Of a stretch of 40,307 bases of DNA, positions 35,112 to 40,307 are shown one piece after another; the stretch's first letter is position 1; each line of letters starts with the position of its first letter. The position numbers and the translations under genes are program-made. The stretch comes from an uncultured Clostridia bacterium. GTDB taxonomy: Bacteria; Bacillota; Clostridia; Christensenellales; CAG-917. The notes beneath the pieces are model-generated. The model had not been told where the DNA came from and did no database searches. It saw nothing but the letters and a program-made list of their open reading frames with translations. The stretch is from assembly GCA_947174215.1 (NCBI GenBank), contig CAMWIB010000001.1, positions 1 to 40,307 of the forward strand. The letters are read 5' to 3'.

Positions 35112-38100
35112 AGACTCGCACCTTGAATAAAACCTTAATCTCTATTATCCTTTTGACGGCTATTATATTGCTCGTCGCGCTTGTTGCTTCGCCGCATATC
35201 ATTATAGACAGCCCGTCCTGCGGTGTTGCGAGCGCCGCAACCTTCGGCACGGTAAGTATCTCGCAAAACGGCAATAACTACGTCTGTTCAAGCGATGACG
35301 AAACCTTATATAGCGACACGTCCTTGCAAAACGTGATAGATTATGCCGAAGCCGCGTTTTCACAAACGACTTTTATTTTCAACAGCCTCGGCGCGAGCGA
35401 GCCTATAATTTTCAAAAAGAATTCATTGTTGCAAGGGACTCTATATTTTGCTCTCTATTCGGACGACTACGCTTTAACGGTAGCCTCAAACGCAACGCTG
35501 ATAATACAGGGACTCGTGCTAAGCTCCACTCGCGGCGCAATAAGAGTCAACTATAACGGCAATTTGGAAATTCGCAGTGCGGATATAATCACAGACTTAT
35601 GTGACGAAACCTGCTCCACCGTTGACGTGCGCGGCAACGCGCTTATCAGCGGCGGCACAATCTCGTATCGCGCCACCAACAGCGATTTCGGCTACGGCGT
35701 GAGCGTCAACGACGGCGGCAATCTCTCTATTACACCCGACACGGAAACGCCCGTCAAAATCGAAGGTCACAGCGCGCTATGTATGAGCGCGGGAGTAGCG
35801 GAAATCAACGGCGGCGAGTTTAAGGCGAACGGCACGGGAGATTCCTCTGCGGGATATTCCATCGACGCGCAAAACGGCAACCTCACTATAAACGGCGGCA
35901 CGTTTTTATCTCCTATATATAGTAGAGCCGTACCAAGTGCAAAAATAAATATAAACGGCGGTAGCGGCAGTATTCGCGTTACTCCCCGCCAAAACAAAAA
36001 GCTGAATATCGGTTCTCTTGAAATCTTTGCAGGACTTTATTGCGAGCTGAATATAGACTTTACGCAAAGCTCGGTTTCTGTCTACGGCAAAAAATCAACG
36101 AACGGTTTCAGGGCGGTTGGCTTCACCGTCGGCGGAACAACCTTCAATACGCCCACTCTGACTGCCCAGACAGACCAAGAAACGGCGATAGTTCCCATAG
36201 AGGATAATCATTACAACGTATACCTTTCTTGCGACGGAGAGGTTTACAAAACTCTTAGCTATACGTACAACACGACCGTAAAGCTTGAATCTCTCCCTTA
36301 TCCCAATAAGACGGGCTATACCGTATCAGGTTGGGAAGAAAGCGCAACGGATATCATAATACGCGACAACGTTACGCTTAGCGCGATTACCGTGCTTTGC
36401 GCCCCTGCGGTTGACGTTTCCGACAAAGTGCTTACTTATAATGGCGAGGAGCAGACCATAACGCCAATACTGTCGCACGACCTACCCGTTTCCTACACTT
36501 TTAGTTGGGAAAAGTATATCGACGGAAATTGGGTGCAATACTCCGATGAAAAGGACCTTACGGTGACGGCTGTTGTCGACAGCGGTAGATATCGCTTCAC
36601 GGCGGTTGCCACATATGACGGTAAGAAGTCAACCGCGCAGACGGAGATAGTTGTCACTATAAATAAGGGAACTTATACGAATATAACTCACCCCGCATTA
36701 AGCGGCGTGTACGACCCCGATATAAGGCTTAGCGGCTACACCCTGCAACCGCATTTTTCTTGGGCGGTTATCACGACGATACCCACGGTCCCGCAAAAGC
36801 AGTATCCCGCCGTTTATAATGCCGACCCGCAAAACTACAACGACTGCGAGTTGCTTATAACGGTAGACCTTGAAAAAGCGGCGGCGGTTTCCGCTCCCCC
36901 ACACGATAGTCTGAGCGGCGTTTACGAAAAGAAGATGCTTAAAGACTATCCCTTAAACGACGGCTTCCGCTGGCAATCGCCAGAAACTATCCCTGTCGTA
37001 AAGATTACGTCCTACGCCGCGCTCTACAATCCCGACGTTGACAACTACGAGGACGCAGTACGCCATATTATTCTCCGCTTAAAAAAGGGAGATTACGACA
37101 AAAGCGTTATCCTCGACGATATGAGCATAACTTATCGCCCGAATTATTATCTCTCTGACTTTGGCAACGACTTTGCCGCCACTCACGAATATTACACGCT
37201 GAAACTCACGGAGGATAAAAAGCTAAACGCGGGCAGAACCGACCTCGATTGTATCTATAACGACGATTCCGACAATTATAACGATTATCCGTTCAAATTT
37301 GCCCTTATTGTAAAAAAAGCAGATATATCCGCCGCCGACGTACCCAAGATTCCGTCGTTTACAGGCATATACAGCGGCTTGCCGCTCTCCTCGTATATTC
37401 TTTCCGGAAATCTGTTCTGGCGCAATCCCGACGATATACCGACGGTCGATATTAAGGTATACGACGCGTTCTACAATCCAGACAGAGAAAACTACAACGA
37501 CTACCCGATAACCGTATCCTTGATTCTTCAAAAGGGTTCTTACGGCGATGATGAAATTAAAATCCCCACTTTGGAAGCGATTACCTATCAACACGACAGA
37601 AAGCTTATAGATATCCCGTTGCCGACAGGCTGGCGTTGGATGAATCCAAACGTCGTGCCGACCGTCGCTGTAAACAGTTACCCCGCAGAATATTGTAGCG
37701 ATACTATAAATTATCTGCCGTTTGTCGCAAATATAGCTTTAACAGTTAACAAAGCTAATATTAAACCCGCGCTTCTGCAAGATAAGACGGTTACGTACGA
37801 CGGAAAAGTGCATTCTCTTGAATTTGAATCACTGCCCTATCCTCTCGAGCTTATAGGCTTTGACAACAACGGCAAGGTGGACTCGGGTAAATACGAGATT
37901 ACGGCAAGGCTTTTGCAAAAGGACACGGACAACTACAACCTGCACCCAACCACGGTCAGAGGCACTCTATTGATATTAAAAGCGCCGTCAATAATAACCG
38001 CGCCATCGCGCTACTACGTACTTCAAGGAAACACCGTTACGATAACCGGTACGGTTGAAAACAGCGAGCAGAATCTCGTAATACCGCCGTTTAATGAAAC

Positions 38101-38845
38101 CGCCGTCGGCGTGCATCATATCACGCTTACGACTGCGGAGAGCCGCAACTACCTTGCAGGTTCGCTTACCGTCACGATATCTATAAACAAATCAGAAATG
38201 TATATAGGTAATATAAAATATCCGTCTAGCTACGATGGAAGCTATCTGTACGGCATACTTGTCAACACCGATTGCGGCGTGCCGAACGACGCGGAAATAA
38301 TTTTCCGTCCCTTCCCCTGCGAAGATTATTATTGCGGCATAGAGATTTCCGTCAAAGTTGGCGGTACCTTGTATAGCGGCAATTTCGTTGCAAAAATAAG
38401 AATGACGGACGATATGCTATCCGCAAGCAATCTTAAACTCTTTTATGAGGACGGAACGGAAAAAGCGTTCACGGTGGAAAACGGCGTATATCTCGTATTT
38501 GAAACGGACGGTAACGATATATTCTACCTGCAAGCCGAGTTTAATAAAACATTCGCTTGGTACTGGATACCGATAGGAATTGCGATAGGACTTATTGTAA
38601 TAGGCGCGGTTCTTGTGGTATTATATAAAAAAGGAATAATAAAACTGCCGATAAAAGCAAGGTCGGAAAATAGCGAAGCTACTACTGAACCGAGCGAAAG
38701 CGCGGCAGAAAATAAAGAAGCAGAAGAAAACAGTAACAAGGAAAGCGCTACAAGCAATGATGACGAAGTAGCAGAAATACAAAACGAAACCGTCACGGAA
38801 GAAATAAAGGAGCAGGAAAGTGAAGAAGATATCCAAACTGAATAA
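35108..38845 (+). CDS. 1245-aa type-I membrane-anchored surface protein (beta-helix-like region, Flg_new, MBG-like repeats, C-terminal TM, acidic tail)
   Basis: TTG start with AGGAGG 7 nt upstream; overlaps the giant ORF's stop (TTGA).
- N-terminal signal or anchor LISIILLTAIILLVALVA.
- G/N-rich periodic region (GNLEIRSADII, GNALISGGTISY, GGNLSITPD, GVAEINGGEF, GNLTINGGTF).
- Flg_new at ~36209-36390 (HYNVYLSCDGEVY...GYTVSGWEE).
- Five repeats of about 72 aa at 36665-37750.
- TM helix WYWIPIGIAIGLIVIGAVLVVLY (38558-38626).
- Acidic tail. Confidence 0.85.
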   Translation: MKTRTLNKTLISIILLTAIILLVALVASPHIIIDSPSCGVASAATFGTVSISQNGNNYVCSSDDETLYSDTSLQNVIDYAEAAFSQTTFIFNSLGASEPIIFKKNSLLQGTLYFALYSDDYALTVASNATLIIQGLVLSSTRGAIRVNYNGNLEIRSADIITDLCDETCSTVDVRGNALISGGTISYRATNSDFGYGVSVNDGGNLSITPDTETPVKIEGHSALCMSAGVAEINGGEFKANGTGDSSAGYSIDAQNGNLTINGGTFLSPIYSRAVPSAKININGGSGSIRVTPRQNKKLNIGSLEIFAGLYCELNIDFTQSSVSVYGKKSTNGFRAVGFTVGGTTFNTPTLTAQTDQETAIVPIEDNHYNVYLSCDGEVYKTLSYTYNTTVKLESLPYPNKTGYTVSGWEESATDIIIRDNVTLSAITVLCAPAVDVSDKVLTYNGEEQTITPILSHDLPVSYTFSWEKYIDGNWVQYSDEKDLTVTAVVDSGRYRFTAVATYDGKKSTAQTEIVVTINKGTYTNITHPALSGVYDPDIRLSGYTLQPHFSWAVITTIPTVPQKQYPAVYNADPQNYNDCELLITVDLEKAAAVSAPPHDSLSGVYEKKMLKDYPLNDGFRWQSPETIPVVKITSYAALYNPDVDNYEDAVRHIILRLKKGDYDKSVILDDMSITYRPNYYLSDFGNDFAATHEYYTLKLTEDKKLNAGRTDLDCIYNDDSDNYNDYPFKFALIVKKADISAADVPKIPSFTGIYSGLPLSSYILSGNLFWRNPDDIPTVDIKVYDAFYNPDRENYNDYPITVSLILQKGSYGDDEIKIPTLEAITYQHDRKLIDIPLPTGWRWMNPNVVPTVAVNSYPAEYCSDTINYLPFVANIALTVNKANIKPALLQDKTVTYDGKVHSLEFESLPYPLELIGFDNNGKVDSGKYEITARLLQKDTDNYNLHPTTVRGTLLILKAPSIITAPSRYYVLQGNTVTITGTVENSEQNLVIPPFNETAVGVHHITLTTAESRNYLAGSLTVTISINKSEMYIGNIKYPSSYDGSYLYGILVNTDCGVPNDAEIIFRPFPCEDYYCGIEISVKVGGTLYSGNFVAKIRMTDDMLSASNLKLFYEDGTEKAFTVENGVYLVFETDGNDIFYLQAEFNKTFAWYWIPIGIAIGLIVIGAVLVVLYKKGIIKLPIKARSENSEATTEPSESAAENKEAEENSNKESATSNDDEVAEIQNETVTEEIKEQESEEDIQTE

Positions 38846-39431
38846 ATCTACACTTATATTCCTCATCGTTGCCATCACAATTGTGAGTGTGCTTGCCGTG
38901 AGCGGTATATCCTATGCAATCTGGACGAAAGTATCAGAGGACAATCAGGAGCTTAATTTGCCTATTGCCGATTATAATCCATCTGAAAAATACATTATCT
39001 TCCGCGGACTTGACGAGGATAATAATTTCTCCGACGTAACGGGCAAAGAAACTGTCGCGTATGCCGCAGTAGGCTACGATAGCGCGAGCCTTGTTGCAGA
39101 GGTTATCATTCCTTCCGAATATAAGCCGTCCGATGATGCGGAAGCAAAGCCCGTAATAAAGATTTGCAACAGCAATATTGGCACAGATTCTCAACATATG
39201 TTTATCGGCAATCCTATAATTACGTCAATCGTGATTCCCGCAAGCGTGAAAGAAATTGCCGTTTCCGCGTGTGCAGAGATGTCATTGCTTGAAAGTATCG
39301 AGATTGAGGGAGAGGATGAAATAACTATCGGCGACTACGCGTTTGCAAACTGCCCTCTTCTTCAAACCTTCACCTGTAATAGAAACGTCGTTGGCGCAAG
39401 AGAGCTGTATCTTATGGGAAGCAATCTCTAA
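38820..39431 (+). CDS. Small secreted BspA-type leucine-rich-repeat protein with a SipW-type signal motif
   Basis: 203 aa. GTG start with AAGGAG 7 nt upstream; overlaps the end of the upstream gene by 26 nt. Signal MKKISKLNKSTLIFLIVAITIVSVLAVSGISYAIWTKVSEDN. LRR_5-like segment SIVIPASVKEIAVSACAEMSLLESIEIEGEDEITIGDYAFANCPLLQTF. Confidence 0.7.
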   Translation: MKKISKLNKSTLIFLIVAITIVSVLAVSGISYAIWTKVSEDNQELNLPIADYNPSEKYIIFRGLDEDNNFSDVTGKETVAYAAVGYDSASLVAEVIIPSEYKPSDDAEAKPVIKICNSNIGTDSQHMFIGNPIITSIVIPASVKEIAVSACAEMSLLESIEIEGEDEITIGDYAFANCPLLQTFTCNRNVVGARELYLMGSNL

Positions 39432-39573
39432 GCGTTAAATGTGATACCCTTGCGCTGTATGCAAATTACGTATATGTAAATATATTGTCAGTATTCGGAA
39501 TGTATAGTAATCTTTGCATTAGGTGATTGTACAGCGAAAAAATATTGCGAAAAGACTTGATACACATTTTTGT

Positions 39574-39602
39574 TTGACAATATATTTGTATAATACTATA
39601 AT
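39574..39602 (+). promoter_or_regulatory. Promoter of the DUF308-like gene
   Basis: TTGACA at 39574-39579, a 17-nt spacer, then TATAAT at 39597-39602. Confidence 0.6.
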
Positions 39603-39664
39603 ATTTAATGTAATATATACAGTAAATAAACGGAAATTATTCCGAATAAATTGTGAGGCAAATT

Positions 39665-40195
39665 ATGGCAAAGCAAGTTAAAGTAAAAACTGTTAGCAAC
39701 CTGTCAAACAATTCATTTCTCGGACTGATGTTCATCGTGCTTGGCATCTTCTTCATTATGGGCGCACAAACAATGATGAATATTCTGTTCACAATCCTCG
39801 GTGCAATTCTTATTGTACTCGGTGCGGTTGAACTGTTTGACAAAAACTGGATTGTAGGCATTATTGAGATAGTCCTTGGTGTAATAATTATTGTTTGCGG
39901 CAACGTAGTTCTGCAATACTTAATTCTTATCCTCGGTATTGCTATCCTTGCTTACGGTCTCTACCTTTTTGTTATGTCAATAATCAAAAACCGCAAAGCG
40001 GGCGCGTCAAAGATTATTCTTTCTCTGATTGCTCCTCTGCTCCTGCTCGTGATTGGAATTCTGCTTATCCTTCAATACTGCGGCGTTGCAAATCTGTTTA
40101 TCGTAATCGGTGCAATCGCTATTGCAGTCGGCGCATTCCTCGTTTTCTATGAGCTTGTAAAGAAGGCTATCAGAAACGCAAGAAAGAGCAACTAA
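39665..40195 (+). CDS. HdeD/DUF308-like small multi-pass membrane protein
   Basis: The ORF track starts at a GTG at 39653, but that GTG is part of a GAGG RBS 6 nt upstream of the ATG at 39665 (MAKQVKV...). Five or six hydrophobic helices carry repeated G-rich motifs: LGIFFIMG, ILGAILIVLGAVE, IVLGVIIIVCG, ILGIAILAYG, VIGILLIL, VIGAIAIAVGAF. Confidence 0.7.
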   Translation: MAKQVKVKTVSNLSNNSFLGLMFIVLGIFFIMGAQTMMNILFTILGAILIVLGAVELFDKNWIVGIIEIVLGVIIIVCGNVVLQYLILILGIAILAYGLYLFVMSIIKNRKAGASKIILSLIAPLLLLVIGILLILQYCGVANLFIVIGAIAIAVGAFLVFYELVKKAIRNARKSN

Positions 40196-40227
40196 TATTG
40201 TAAAAACAATATTTGCTATTAAACACG

Positions 40228-40266
40228 AACCCCACTGTATCATATAACAGTGGGGTTTGTTTTTTA
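40228..40266 (+). terminator. Rho-independent terminator
   Basis: Perfect 11-bp stem AACCCCACTGT (40228-40238) / ACAGTGGGGTT (40247-40257), followed by TGTTTTTT. Confidence 0.85.
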
Positions 40267-40307
40267 GTTAATTTTATTCTATACTTAATATATTGTTACT
40301 TATATAG

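Noticed and set aside
35083-35274. A minus-strand 63-aa ORF spanning the junction between the giant gene and the 1245-aa gene
   Set aside because: It is antisense to two well-supported plus-strand genes and their RBS, and it has no RBS or motifs of its own.
38524-39197. Minus-strand ORFs 38524-38796, 38621-38878 and 38934-39197
   Set aside because: They are antisense to the acidic tail and TM region of the 1245-aa gene and to the LRR gene. Their translations are low in complexity, and the plus-strand genes have RBSs and domain motifs.

Overview
The window looks like an accessory cell-surface locus from a probable Bacillota (Clostridia-like) genome. That assignment is an inference from AGGAG-type ribosome-binding sites, frequent GTG/TTG starts, and Flg_new, MBG, GLUG and BspA-LRR domain content.

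Layout:
- Left edge: a tRNA-Asn(GTT) with its own promoter and terminator, then about 470 bp of hairpin-rich sequence with no credible CDS.
- 764-13702, all on the minus strand: a tightly packed cluster. It encodes two SipW/ER-type signal peptidase I paralogs and six TasA/camelysin-like proteins, each with the SipW-type signal motif [FY]-[AG]-[WF]-[FYW]-[ST] at the end of the signal helix. It also encodes a cytoplasmic protein with a catalytically degenerate EAL-like domain.
- Embedded in the same operon is a membrane-anchored McrB-family AAA+ (GTPase-like) protein, paired with a DUF2357/McrC-N-terminal-like protein. The expected nuclease of that partner is replaced by about 300 aa of charged coiled coil.
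- 13866-39431, divergent on the plus strand: a single 21.2-kb ORF (7081 aa) with an N-terminal anchor, 3 Flg_new repeats, dozens of MBG-like repeats and a C-terminal GLUG/beta-helix head. It is followed by a translationally coupled 1245-aa membrane-anchored repeat protein and a 203-aa BspA-type LRR protein, which is the seventh carrier of the SipW-type motif.
- Right edge: an unrelated DUF308/HdeD-like membrane protein gene with its own promoter and terminator.

The best candidate for a new system is the multi-subunit SipW/TasA-like fibre locus together with the nuclease-less, membrane-tethered McrBC-like module, a putative c-di-GMP sensor and giant adhesins. All functional calls rest on motifs read by eye. 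No database search was run.
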